From: an uncultured Gemmatimonadales bacterium
GTDB lineage: Bacteria > Gemmatimonadota > Gemmatimonadetes > Longimicrobiales > Gaopeijiaceae
Assembly (NCBI GenBank): GCA_963823035.1
Contig: CAWGKG010000007.1
Location: forward strand, 160,001-224,000
Length of the DNA stretch: 64,000 nt
Reading direction: 5' to 3'
Positions 48,997 to 60,010 of the stretch are shown here, one piece after another (position 1 is the first letter of the stretch; each line of letters starts with the position of its first letter). A model generated the notes under the pieces. The model saw only the letters and a program-made list of their open reading frames with translations. It was not told the DNA's origin and did not search any database. The position numbers and the translations under genes were made by a program.

Positions 48997-50335
48997 CGCT
49001 CCTCGCGCCCGCCGTGCATCGCGCTGGCCGGCACCGCCTGCGCGCCGGAGGACGCGCCGCAGCGGACCGCGGGAGACCCGCACGCTGCGGTGGCGTGCGC
49101 CGAGTGCCACCAGGGCGGGCTGGCCGACCGTGAGCTGGCGGCCGTGCCGAGCGGCGCGTGCACGCAGTCGGGCTGCCACAAGGACGGCGCTCCTGCCCAG
49201 GTGACCCTCCAGACCGTGACGTTCGAGCACCGGAGCCACGGCTCCACCGAGACGATGGCGGTCGGCTGCGCGGGGTGCCACGCCCATCGTGCCGGCGGGG
49301 AGCCGCTGACGGCGGGAGCCGAGACATGCGGCCTCTGCCACGCGGATGAGCTCTCCGGCGCGCGGGGTGAGGACTGTCGTCTCTGCCACACGACGCTCAA
49401 GCACGAGGGGATGACGAGCCAGGGCGTCGCGATCCCGCACGAGGGCCTGCCCTGGATCGAGGGCGGCTGCCTGCGCTGCCACTACGCGGTGTCCAAGCCG
49501 GTGCACGAGGTGTCGCTGTCGCGCTGCGCGAGCTGCCACGACGACGTGGACGCCGCCACGGCGGCCGGCATCGGCGAGGACCTGCACCCGGAGCACGAAG
49601 GGAACGCCTGCGGTGCCTGCCACGAGGAGGACAACCACCGCATCCAGGCGATGAGCTCCGCGGTGGATCTGCAGTGCGCAACGTGCCACACCGAGGAGCA
49701 CGGCGTGGAGGTGGACCCGGCGTGGCTGAGCGCGTCGACCTGCGACGCCTGCCACGCCAAGGCCCACCAGGGGGAGCAGCGCCTCCTGCTCGGGATCCTC
49801 CCGGGCGCCGAGGCCGCCGCACCCTCCGACCACTTCATGGACGGGCTCACCTGCCGGTCCTGCCACCTTCCGCTCGCTCCGAGCACGAACGGGCGCCGCG
49901 TGGGCGGGTCGATCGCGTGCGTCCAGTGCCACCGTCCCGAGTACGCGACGCATCCTGCGCTGGTGGAACGACGGCATCGCCGAGCGCACCCGGATGGTCG
50001 ACCGCTACCTCACGGGGGCGGAAGCCGCCGTCCGGGGCCGCGACGCGGACGACGGCGCGGTCCAGGCCGTCGCGCGAGCCAGGGCGACGCTCGACCTCGT
50101 GCGGAGCTCGGGTGGGCAGCACAACCTCCCCCTGACGCACCGGATGTTCCAGGACGCGGTGGCGGGCGCGGAGGAGGGGTATCGGCTCGTCGGCCGTAAC
50201 GCGCCGCCGGCGCCCGAGCTCGGGCGCGCACCCCGTCAGGGAATCTGCACGTACTGCCACTACCGCCTGCCCGAGCCGGGCTTCTCGGAGCGGATGGACG
50301 ACGCCTTCCACCGGGAGGTGCTGGGCAGGCACTAG
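48975..50335 (+). CDS. Multiheme cytochrome c, probable lipoprotein (12 CXXCH + 1 CX4CH); apparent frameshifts near 49010 and 49950
   Basis: Lipobox-like LAGTAC; CAECH, CTQSGCH, CAGCH, CGLCH, CRLCH, CLRCH, CASCH, CGACH, CATCH, CDACH, CRSCH, CVQCH, then CTYCH in ORF 49994-50335. Confidence 0.85.
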
Positions 50336-51381
50336 CCCGGAACGAGCACCACCTTCGTCCACCCCGGCTCCCGGGCCGCGAAGCGGCGGTAGGCGTCCAC
50401 GCCCCGCGACAGCGGGAGGCGGTGGGAGATCAGCTTCGCGAGCAGGCCCTCGTCGCGCGCGGCGATCTCGAGCGAGGCCGGCATGTAGTGGCGCGCCGGG
50501 CAGCGCCCGGAGGCGTAGCGCAGGTTGCGGTCGTAGATCTCGCCCGGGCTCAGCGCCAGATGCGGCTCGGTATGGACGCCGAGCACGGCGAGCGAGCCGC
50601 CCGGGCGGAGGAGGTCCGCGGCGAGCCGCGTGGCCTCGGGCGTGCCGACGGCCTCGATGGCGGCGTCGGCTCCCCTCCCCTCCGAGCGCTCTCGAACGAG
50701 CGAGAGGGTATCCTCGCGCTCGCCGTCCAACGCGGTGGCGCCGAAGACGCCCGCGAGCTCCAGGCGCGAGGGGACGCGGTCGACGGCCACCACCTCGCGC
50801 GCGCCTCGCGCCAGCGCGGCCCGGACGGCCAGCACGCCCACGGGGCCGCACCCCACCACGACCACCAGGTCGCCGGGCGCCACGCCCGCGAGGTCGGCCC
50901 CGAACGTCGCGGTCGACAGCACGTCGCCCGCGAGGAGGGCGACCGCATCGTCCAACCCTTCGGGCACCGTGACGAGCGACCCGTCGGCCAGCGGGACCCG
51001 CGCCAGCTCGGCCTGGACGCCGTGCAACCCCCGCCCCTCCTGCACCCACCCGAAGAGCGCGCCCTTCTCGCAGCGTGCCGTGAGGCCGACGCCGCAGTAG
51101 AAGCAGCGGCCGCAGCTCGTGCTGAACGGCGCGACCACGCGGTCGCCGACGGCCACGGTGCGCACCTCGGAGCCGACCTCCACGACCTCGCCGAGCAGCT
51201 CGTGGCCCATGACGGTCCCGACGTCGAGTCCGCGCTCCCGGCCGAAGTAGGGGTGGAGATCGGAACCGCAAATGCCCGCGACGCGCATGCGCACGAGGGC
51301 GTCGGTGGGCTCGAGGACCCGCGGCTCGGGCACCTCCTCCCAGGCGAGGGACTCGACGCCCCGGAAGGTGATGGCCCTCAA
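50332..51381 (-). CDS. Zinc-binding alcohol dehydrogenase family protein
   Basis: GICGSDLH, GHELLGEV, CGRCFYC...C, GCGPVG. Confidence 0.93.
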   Translation of the reverse strand: MRAITFRGVESLAWEEVPEPRVLEPTDALVRMRVAGICGSDLHPYFGRERGLDVGTVMGHELLGEVVEVGSEVRTVAVGDRVVAPFSTSCGRCFYCGVGLTARCEKGALFGWVQEGRGLHGVQAELARVPLADGSLVTVPEGLDDAVALLAGDVLSTATFGADLAGVAPGDLVVVVGCGPVGVLAVRAALARGAREVVAVDRVPSRLELAGVFGATALDGEREDTLSLVRERSEGRGADAAIEAVGTPEATRLAADLLRPGGSLAVLGVHTEPHLALSPGEIYDRNLRYASGRCPARHYMPASLEIAARDEGLLAKLISHRLPLSRGVDAYRRFAAREPGWTKVVLVPG

Positions 51382-52232
51382 CCCGCGGACGTCTCCTCGG
51401 GCCGCCGGGTGCGCCCCACGATCAGCGTGATGTTGTCGGTCCCACCGTCATCGAGCGCGTCCTGCAGGAGCTGCTCGACCACCTGGCGCGCGCTCGTCAT
51501 CGTGGCCAGGCGCTCCCCGATGCGCTCGTCGGAGACGTGCTTCGTCAGGCCGTCGCTGCACAGCAGCACCACCGTGCCCCAGTCCCGCACGACACGCGTC
51601 ACGACCGGCACCGCCTGTTGCCCACCCACCGCGCTCGACAGCACGTCGGCCCACCGGCTCCTCTCCGCCTCCGTGCGCGTCAGCACGCCCCGATCCACGA
51701 GCTCCTGGGCGAGCGTCTGGTCACGGCTGATCTGGGTGAGCACGCCTTCGCGGAAGACGTAGCAGCGCGAGTCGCCGACCTGAAGGAGGTAGGCATGGGG
51801 CCACAGCCCGAGGAAGAGCGTGAGCGTGGTGGCGAAGCGGCGCCCGCCTCCCTCACGCTCCGTCGTCTCGAGCAGGCTCTCGTGCACGGCCAGCGCGGCC
51901 TCGTGCAGAAGGCGGGAGAAGACCTCGGGGTCCTCCGACTCCTTGTGCTGGGCCTCGTGGAAGAACGCGGACACGGACGAGACCAGGCCCTGCACGGCGC
52001 GGCGCGCGGCCTTCTCCCCACCGCTGTAGCCGCCGACGCCGTCGGCGACGATCCCCAGGGAGGCCAGGCGCTCCAGCTCCGCGTGGTCCGCATCCGGGAG
52101 GCTGGTGCGCTCCGTCGTGACGCCGCGCGCGAGCGCGCCCTGGAAGAAGTGGTCCTGGTTGTCCGCGCGCACCTTACCCTGGTGCGTGAGCCCCCAGGCG
52201 TCGATGTCGGCGAAACGCGGCCGCTCATCCAT
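51378..52232 (-). CDS. PP2C-family Ser/Thr protein phosphatase
   Basis: GLTHQGKVRADNQD, VADGVGG, VGDSRCY, LLCSDGL, GGTDNIT. Confidence 0.92.
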   Translation of the reverse strand: MDERPRFADIDAWGLTHQGKVRADNQDHFFQGALARGVTTERTSLPDADHAELERLASLGIVADGVGGYSGGEKAARRAVQGLVSSVSAFFHEAQHKESEDPEVFSRLLHEAALAVHESLLETTEREGGGRRFATTLTLFLGLWPHAYLLQVGDSRCYVFREGVLTQISRDQTLAQELVDRGVLTRTEAERSRWADVLSSAVGGQQAVPVVTRVVRDWGTVVLLCSDGLTKHVSDERIGERLATMTSARQVVEQLLQDALDDGGTDNITLIVGRTRRPEETSAG

Positions 52233-52428
52233 CGACGGGGACGCCGGTGGAGGCGGAGCGGCGGCGGAAGGGAGTCGGATCCATCGCGGTAAGATGCGTG
52301 CGGATCGTCGAAGCGGCCAGCATCCCCGGGCACCGCCAGGCACGGGGCTCGTGCCTTTCCCACACTCCCGTCGTCGCCTACACTCTCCCCGCCCTGCCCT
52401 CGCTCCGACCCGAACCGACGCCGACGCC

Positions 52429-53748
52429 ATGAACACCTCTCACGCCGCCCGCCTACGCTTCGCCTTCGCGTCCCTCCTGGCCCTCGCCGCGTGTGGCACG
52501 GCCGGCACCGACGCCCCCGAGTCCGAGGAAGCCCTGGTCACGCGAGCCCGCGGGATCCACGAGCGCGTGATCACGCTCGACACCCACAACGACATCAACC
52601 CGGCCAACTTCACGGCCGAGAAGAACTACGCGATGGACCTGCCCACGCAGGTCAACCTCCCGAAGATGGAAGCGGGCGGCACCGACGTGAGCTGGATGGT
52701 CGTGTACGTCGGGCAGGGCGACCTGACGCCGCAGGGCTTCGCAGAAGCCAACGCCGAGGCACTGGAGAAGTTCGAGGCCATCCATCGGCTCACCGAGGAG
52801 ATCGCCCCCGACCGCATCGAGCTGGCGCTCACCTCCGACGACGTCCGCCGTATCGTGGCTTCCGGGAAGAAGGTGGCGATGATCGGCGTGGAGAACGGGT
52901 ACTCCATCGGCACCGACCTCTCCAACATCGAGAAGTTCCAGAAGCTGGGCGCCCGGTACATGTCGCTGTCCCACAACGGCCACAGCCAGCTCGCCGACTC
53001 GAACACCGGCGAGCGGGACGACACGTGGCTCTACCACGGGCTCAGCGACCTGGGCAAGCAGGCCATCGCCGAGCTGAACCGGGTAGGGATCATGGTGGAC
53101 CTCTCGCACCCCTCGAAGGAATCCAACCTGCAGGCCATCGCGCTGTCGCGGGCGCCGGTCATCGCGAGCCATTCGTCGGCCCGCGCCCTGAACGACGTGA
53201 GCCGCAACCTCTCCGACGAGGAGCTGGAGGCGATCGAGGCCAACGGCGGCGTGGTGCAGACGGTGGCCTTCGCCAGCTACGTCAACTCGGCGAAGAACAC
53301 CGCCCACCAGGACGCGGTGCGCGCGATCGAGGCCGAGGTCGCCGCGCAGATGGGCGTGGACATGATCGAGCGCCGCGAGCTCTACCAGATGAGCGAGGCC
53401 GAGCGTGAGGCCTACCGCTTGAAGTTCCAGCCCGTGCAGGACGCCGTGGACGCGCGCATGGACGAGGTGAACGCGAAGGCGCCGCCCGTGGACGTCTCCG
53501 ACTTCGCGGACCACATCGACTACCTGGTGCAGAAGATCGGCATCGACCACGTCGGGATCAGCTCCGACTTCGACGGCGGCGGCGGCGTGGAGGGGTGGAA
53601 CGACGCATCGGAGTCGTTCAACGTCACGCTCGAGCTGGTACGCCGCGGCTACACCGAGGAGGAGATCGGGAAACTGTGGAGCGGGAACCTCCTCCGCGTG
53701 CTCGACGAGGTGCAGGCCAAGGCGAAGGAGATCCAGGCGGAGAGCTGA
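52429..53748 (+). CDS. Membrane dipeptidase (M19), lipoprotein
   Basis: Lipobox LAAC, LDTHND, IGVENG, MVDLSH, IASHSS, HIDY...HVGISSDFDG. Confidence 0.93.
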   Translation: MNTSHAARLRFAFASLLALAACGTAGTDAPESEEALVTRARGIHERVITLDTHNDINPANFTAEKNYAMDLPTQVNLPKMEAGGTDVSWMVVYVGQGDLTPQGFAEANAEALEKFEAIHRLTEEIAPDRIELALTSDDVRRIVASGKKVAMIGVENGYSIGTDLSNIEKFQKLGARYMSLSHNGHSQLADSNTGERDDTWLYHGLSDLGKQAIAELNRVGIMVDLSHPSKESNLQAIALSRAPVIASHSSARALNDVSRNLSDEELEAIEANGGVVQTVAFASYVNSAKNTAHQDAVRAIEAEVAAQMGVDMIERRELYQMSEAEREAYRLKFQPVQDAVDARMDEVNAKAPPVDVSDFADHIDYLVQKIGIDHVGISSDFDGGGGVEGWNDASESFNVTLELVRRGYTEEEIGKLWSGNLLRVLDEVQAKAKEIQAES

Positions 53749-53779
53749 CGGCAGCGGTAGCCGCCGGCCCGCGGGCTTG

Positions 53780-53812
53780 TTGCGTACGCCCGGACTTTCG
53801 GTATATGTTCGG
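53780..53812 (+). promoter_or_regulatory. dnaE2 promoter (TTGCGT-18-TATGTT) overlapped by a TTCGG-N6-TTCGG operator candidate
   Basis: TTCGG at 53797 and 53808; ATG 53816 lies 6 nt after the -10 element. Confidence 0.65.
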
Positions 53813-53815
53813 GTC

Positions 53816-56800
53816 ATGCGCATCCCCTACGTCGAGCTGCACTGCCACTCGGGCTTCTCCTTCCTGGACGGCGCCTCGCATCCCGAGGAGCTGATCCTGC
53901 GCGCGAAGGAGCTGGGCTATCCGGCCCTCGCGCTGACGGACCACAACGGCCTGTACGGCTCGATGGAGTTCGCCCGCCTCGCCCACGAGGCGGGGATCCA
54001 GCCCGTCACGGGCGCCGAGGTCACGCTCCGCGAGTGCTTCCCCGGCCCGCCCCGGCGAGGGCGAGCCCGAAGGCGGCCACCACGTCACGCTCCTCGCCGA
54101 GACCCCCGAAGGGTACGCCAACCTCTGCCGCCTCCTCACGCAGGCGCACATGGAGTCGCCCCGTGAGGATCCGCGCCTCCCCCTCCCCGCCCTCCTGGCG
54201 CGCCCGCGCGGGCTGATCCTCCTCACGGGTTGCCGGCGCAGCCCGGTGTGGGCCGCGCTCGAATCCTCCGCCGCCGACGGCGAGGCGTTCCTGCACCTCC
54301 TCGTGCGGGCTTTCGGGCCGGGCAACGTCTTCGTGGAGCTGCAGGACAACGCCGTGAAGGGCGACCTCCGGCGCAACCGCTCCCTCGCGCGGCTCGCGGG
54401 ACGGATGGGGCTCGGCGTCGTCGCCACGGGGGACGTCCACTACCACCGCCCGGAGCGCTCGCGCTTGCAGGACGTGCTCGTCTCGATCCGCAACCGCGCC
54501 ACCCTCGACGGCGCCCACGGCGCACGGCGCCCGAACCACCTCTTCCACCTCTCCGAGCCGTGGGAGATGCGCCATCGCTTCGCGAGCCGCCCGGAGGCGC
54601 TCACGAACTCGGTGCTGATCGCCGAGCGGTGCGCGGCCTTCGACCTCACGGAGGACCTGGGCTACGAGTTCCCCGACTTCGAGGGTTCGGAGCACGGGGG
54701 TGCGCTGGAGACGTTGGCCGCCATCTGCCTCGCGGAGATCGGCCGGCGCTACGAGCCGGGGAGCACGGAGGAACACGACGCCGAAGAGCGGCTGCACAAG
54801 GAACTGTCGCTCGTGGACCTGCACGGCCTCGCGGGCTTCTTCCTCGTCTACCGGGACATCATGGACCTCGCGCGCGACGTGGCGCGCGAGGTGCGTGCCG
54901 ACAGCCCGCGCGCCCGCGCCGGCCTCCCCCCGGGGCGTGGGCGCGGCTCGTCGGTGTCGTCGATCATCTGCTACCTGATCGGGCTCTCCCATGTGGATCC
55001 CGTGAAGAGCAACCTCTTCCTTGGGCGCTTCCTCAACGAGGCGCTCCGGAGCGTTCCGGACATCGACCTGGACTTCCCGCGCGACATCCGCGAGCAGCTC
55101 ATCCTGCGCGTGTACGAGAAGTACGGGCACGAGCACACCGGCCTCGTGTGCACCTTCCCCACCTACCGGCTGCGCTCGGCGGTACGGGAGATCGGCAAGG
55201 TGCTCGACCTGCCGATGGGGGAGCTCGAGAAGCTGGCCAAGCTGGGGGAGCACCGCTCGGCTTCGGGGCTCGCCGACGAGATCGCCTCCCTCCCCGAGTT
55301 CAAGGACCGCGCCGACGCGCCCCTCTGGAAGATGTTGGGTGAGCTGGCCGGAGACGTGTCCGGGCTGCCGCGCCACATCTCCCAGCACGTGGGCGGGATG
55401 ATCATCTCCAGCCGCCCGCTCGTGGAGATCGTCCCGGTGGAGCCGGCCGCGTGGGAGGGCCGCTTCCTCTGCCAGTGGGACAAGGACTCCTGCGACGACG
55501 CGGGCTTCATCAAGATCGACTTCCTCGCGCTCGGGATGCTCTCGCTGGTCGAGGAGGCCGCGGACCTCATCACGGTGCGCCACGGCGCCACGCCGGACTT
55601 GTCGCGCATCGACCTCGAGGACGAGGGGGTCTACGACCGCATCTGCTCGGGCGACAACGTGGGGCTCTTCCAGGTGGAGAGCCGCGCCCAGATCCAGATG
55701 ATCCGCCGGACGCGCCCGCGCAACCTCGAGGAGCTCGCCATCCAGGTGGCCATCGTTCGGCCCGGCCCGATCGTCGGGGGCGCGGTGAACCCGTACGTGC
55801 GCCGCCGGGAGATGCTCCGGGAGAACCCCGACTACCGGATCCCCTATCCGCACCCCCTCCTGGAGGGCCCCCTGGCGGAGACGCTCGGCGTCATCATCTA
55901 CCAGGACCAGGTGCTCACGGTCTGCCAGGCGCTCGCCGGCTTCAGCGACGGCCAGGCCGAGAGCCTGCGTCGGGCGATGAGCCGGAAGCGCTCGAAGGAG
56001 GCGCTGCAGGCGCACTGGGAGGAGTTCCGCGTGGGCGCCGCGGCGAACGGCGTGGACGAGACCACCGCCCGCGAGGTCTTCCAGCAGGTGACGGCGTTCA
56101 GCGAGTTCGGCTTCCCCAAGTCGCACGCCGCCGCCTTCGGGCTGCTCGCCTACCAGTCGGCGTGGCTGCGTCAGTACTACCCGCTCGAGTACTACGTCGC
56201 GCTCTTCAACAACCAGCCGATGGGCTTCTACTCGCTGGACGCGCTCGGCCGCGACGCGCGCCGCAACCGGATCCGCACGCTGCTGCCCGACGTGAACCGG
56301 AGCGACGTGCCATGCACCGCCGAGAACGGTGACCTGCGCATCGGGCTCGGCTTCGTGCGCGGCTGGGGCGCGGAGATCGCGGAACGCGTGGTCGCGGAGC
56401 GTGCGCGCCGTGGGGAGTTCGTCTCACTCGGCGACTTTCTCCGCCGCACGCCGGCCGCGCTCAAGCGACCCGCCGTCGAGAACCTGATCTGGGTGGGCGG
56501 CTTCGAGGGGCTGGGCCTGACACGGCGCGAGCTCCTCTGGCAGGCGGGGCTCTGGCTGGGCCCCGAGTCCGACGACGGGCGCACCGGCGGGCGCGACGAC
56601 CATGCCCAGACGGAGCTGGAGCTCCAGGACCCGTACGCGGGGCTGGCCTTCCCCGACCTCGGACCCACGGATCGGATGGTCGCGGAGTACCGCATGCTCC
56701 ACTTCTCGGCGGAGCTGCATCCGCTCTCGCTGCTCCGGGATCAGCTCCCCACGGGGACCGTCACGACGGACCGCCTGCCCGACCTTCCCCAGCACGCCGA

Positions 56801-57281
56801 CGTGCGCGTCGCGGGGCTCGTCACCGCTCGACAAAGACCTGGAACTGCTAAGGGCTATGTCTTTGTCTTGATGGAAGATGAAGCCGGTCCAGTGAACGTG
56901 ATCGTGAAGCCGGACGTCTACGAGAAGTGCCGGACCGTCGTACGCATGGAGCCCTTTCTCGCCGTGCGCGGACGGCTGCAGAAGGACGGCGCCACGCTCA
57001 ACGTGATCGCGACCGAGGTACGGGCGCTGCGGGTACCGGGGGCGCCCGTGCGGCGCACCGGGCTGTCGCGCTCCGCTCCCGCGAACGGACACGCGCACGC
57101 GAAGGGACGCGACGTGGGGGACATGGACGCGGGCGGCCTCGACGCGGAGAGGGCGGATCTCCACGCCGCCCTCCCCGGCACCCTCGAGTACTGGGCCGAC
57201 CCGTCCGCGCAGGGGCCGAGCCCCTTCCGCTACCTCACGGCGCTCCGGCAGAGTCCCCCGGGCATCAAGAGCTTCGGATGA
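53816..57281 (+). CDS. dnaE2: Error-prone DNA polymerase DnaE2/ImuC (apparent frameshift near 54050)
   Basis: YVELHCHSGFSFLDGASHPEEL, GRGSSVSS, PDIDLDF, QWDKDSC, KIDFLALGML, FPKSHAAAF, NNQPMGFY, RQRPGTAKG. Confidence 0.93.
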
Positions 57282-57316
57282 GCGCGCCGCCCGGGCCTCC
57301 CCCGGTCCGGTCCTCG

Positions 57317-60010
57317 TCAGTCGACGCGCAGTGCGCTGACCGGATCCACGCGGGTGGCCCTCCGCGCCGGAACGAGCACCGCGAGCGCGCACACGCCCAG
57401 GACCATGGCCGTCACGCCCACGAAGACCACGGGATCCGCGGCCTCCACCTGGAAGAGCATGCTCTTCATCAAGCGCCCTCCCCAGAAGGCGATCACGAGC
57501 CCCGCCACGATCCCTCCGGCCGCCGGAGCGGCGGCCTGACGGAACACCAGTCCCGTGACCTCCCCCCGCCGAGCCCCGAGCGCGATGCGCACGCCGATCT
57601 CGCGCGTGCGTCGGGAGACCAGGTACGCCACCACGCCATAGAGCCCGACGGCGGAGAGGAGGACCGCGAGCACCGCGAAGAGCCCCACGAGCATGAGGTA
57701 GAAGCGCGTGGGCGCCGCGTCGGCGCGGATGTCCTCCCTCACGGTCCGGACGTTCGTCGGGACGACGTTCGGGTCGAGCGCGGCGAGCTCCCGCTGCGCG
57801 GCCGCGAGCACCGCCCCCGCCCCCGCCCTGGCCTTGATGTGCACGGTCATGAAGCCGGGACCGAACTGGGCCTGGGGCACGTAGACCGCAGCGGAGGGGG
57901 GCTCTTCCAGCGTCCGGCGCACGTCGTCCACCACGCCGACGACGGTCCACGTCGGGCTCCCGAAGCCGACGGCCGCCGTCACGTCGAAGCGCTTCCCCAT
58001 GACGTCCTCGCCGGGGAAGTTCTCGCGGGCGAACGTCGCGTTCACCACGGCGACGGCCTCCGTCTCCCGTCGGTCGCCGGCCTCGATGCGGCGCCCACGG
58101 AGGAGTCGGGGGCCCATGGCCTCGAAGAACCCCGGCGTGACGGATCGAACCGCCGCCTCCGTCTCCTGTCCGGGCTCCGGCTCGGGTCTGCCCTCGACCC
58201 TCACGCCGCCGGTGATGCTGGAGCTCGTAAGGGGGGCGCCGAAGGCCGAGCCTACCGCCTCGACGCCCGGGATCGCCCTCAGCCGACCCTCCAACTCGTC
58301 GAAGAACGTCAGGATTTCGGGAAGGCCGTCGTACCGGGTCGAGGGAAGGTTCACCGTGAAGCGTGCCACCTGCCGCCCGTCGAACCCCATGTCGACCCCG
58401 TAGAGCCGCCCGAGGCTGCGAGTGAGGAGCCCCGCGCCGACGAGAAGCGCGAGGGAGAGGGCGACCTCGCCGGCGAGGAGGACCGACCGTGCACGCCCTT
58501 CCCGCCGGGTGTCGCCGGAGCGCCCCGCCCCCGACAGGTGCCCCGCCAGACGCCCGCGGGAGAGGCGGAGCGCGGGGCTCAGCCCCACCAGGAGCGACAC
58601 CAGCAGCGTCAGCCCGACGGAGAAGGCCAGCACCGTCCAGTCGATTCCCACCTGCTCCAGGCGAGGGACGGCGCCGCGGGCGACCCGCTTGACGACCTCC
58701 GCCAGCCCGAAGGCGAACGCCACGCCGCCCGCTCCGCCGACGGCGGCGAGCACCGCGCTCTCCGTGAGGATCTGCACGACCAGGCGCCCCCGCGAAGCCC
58801 CCAGCGCCGAGCGCACGGCCACCTCCCCGCCCCGCGTGGACGCGCGCACGAGGAGGAGGTTCGCCACGTTCGCGCACACGATCAGGAGTACGAGGCCCAC
58901 CGCGCCCAGCACGATCCAGAGTCCGGTGCGCACGTCCCCGACCGTATAGTCGATCAGCCGCTCGAAGTGGAAGACCTCACCGTGGTTCGAGCCGGGGAAC
59001 TCGGCGCTCAGCGACGCGGCCAACGCGCCGAGCTCGGCCTGGGCGCGCACGAGGCCGACACCGGGCGCCAGGCGTCCCACCGCGCCGCGGAAGACGTGGC
59101 AGCCCCGACCGCACCCGTCCGGGTCGTTGCGGTACGGCGTCCAGAGCTCCGCGCCTCCCGGGAAGCCGAACCCCGCGGGGGCGACCCCGACGATCTCGTA
59201 CGCCTTCTCGGACAGGTCGAGCGTGGTGCCCACCACGTCGGGTCGTCCCCCGAGGTGGCTCTTCCAGAACGCGTAGCCCACGACGACGACCCGCGCGGCT
59301 CCGGGATCGTTCTCCTCCTGGCGCAGGTCCCGACCCAGCTCCGGAGCCAACCCGAAGGTGGCGAGGAGTCCGCCCGTCACGCGCGCGCCTTCCACGCGCT
59401 CGGGATGCTCGACCCCGGTCAGCGTGAAGCCGCCCGAAGCCACGCCCTCGAGCCCCGTGAGCACGTCAAGCTCCCGTGCGCTCGCGATGTCCGGCTGGGA
59501 CATGTATCCCCGACTGGTGGGCGCTTCGGCGTCGGCCGCCCATACCATGACGAGCCCGTCCGGCTCGGGATACGGGAGCGGCGCGAGCAGGACGCCTTCC
59601 ACCACGCTGAACACGCCGGTCGTCGCGCCGATGCCGAGCGCCAACGTGAGGATCGCGACGGCCGCGAAGGCGGGGCGCCGGACGAGGGAACGCAGGCCGA
59701 AGCGGAGGTCCTGGGCGAGGGTGTCCATGAGCGATCCCGATCGCGTTGCCCGGCGGGTGCTCCGCGCCGAAGCGTGGGAAGGGAGGAGCCACTCGAGCAT
59801 GGCGGCCCCGGTGAGGTCGAGGAGGGCGCGGCACATCGTCCAGACTGCCCGTATTCCGCCGCGCACGGCCGCGTCGTCCACGCGGTCACCCACGGCCGTG
59901 ACGAGGTCGGCGCCGAACGACCGCCGGAAGGAGGGTGGGAAGAGCCCGAGCACGATGCGCGCGAGACGCGCTGCGAGCGCCGCGGTGCGCGATCTCCGGG
60001 GCGCGGTCAC
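57317..60010 (-). CDS. Duplicated ABC permease, ADOP family (orphan, no ATPase alongside)
   Basis: MDTLAQDLRFGLRSL..RPAF, LIVCANVANLLL, EVAVRSALGA, GLYGVVAY..RRTREIGVRIALGA, PARRATRVDP; GTG overlaps the padR stop. Confidence 0.92.
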   Translation of the reverse strand: MTAPRRSRTAALAARLARIVLGLFPPSFRRSFGADLVTAVGDRVDDAAVRGGIRAVWTMCRALLDLTGAAMLEWLLPSHASARSTRRATRSGSLMDTLAQDLRFGLRSLVRRPAFAAVAILTLALGIGATTGVFSVVEGVLLAPLPYPEPDGLVMVWAADAEAPTSRGYMSQPDIASARELDVLTGLEGVASGGFTLTGVEHPERVEGARVTGGLLATFGLAPELGRDLRQEENDPGAARVVVVGYAFWKSHLGGRPDVVGTTLDLSEKAYEIVGVAPAGFGFPGGAELWTPYRNDPDGCGRGCHVFRGAVGRLAPGVGLVRAQAELGALAASLSAEFPGSNHGEVFHFERLIDYTVGDVRTGLWIVLGAVGLVLLIVCANVANLLLVRASTRGGEVAVRSALGASRGRLVVQILTESAVLAAVGGAGGVAFAFGLAEVVKRVARGAVPRLEQVGIDWTVLAFSVGLTLLVSLLVGLSPALRLSRGRLAGHLSGAGRSGDTRREGRARSVLLAGEVALSLALLVGAGLLTRSLGRLYGVDMGFDGRQVARFTVNLPSTRYDGLPEILTFFDELEGRLRAIPGVEAVGSAFGAPLTSSSITGGVRVEGRPEPEPGQETEAAVRSVTPGFFEAMGPRLLRGRRIEAGDRRETEAVAVVNATFARENFPGEDVMGKRFDVTAAVGFGSPTWTVVGVVDDVRRTLEEPPSAAVYVPQAQFGPGFMTVHIKARAGAGAVLAAAQRELAALDPNVVPTNVRTVREDIRADAAPTRFYLMLVGLFAVLAVLLSAVGLYGVVAYLVSRRTREIGVRIALGARRGEVTGLVFRQAAAPAAGGIVAGLVIAFWGGRLMKSMLFQVEAADPVVFVGVTAMVLGVCALAVLVPARRATRVDPVSALRVD

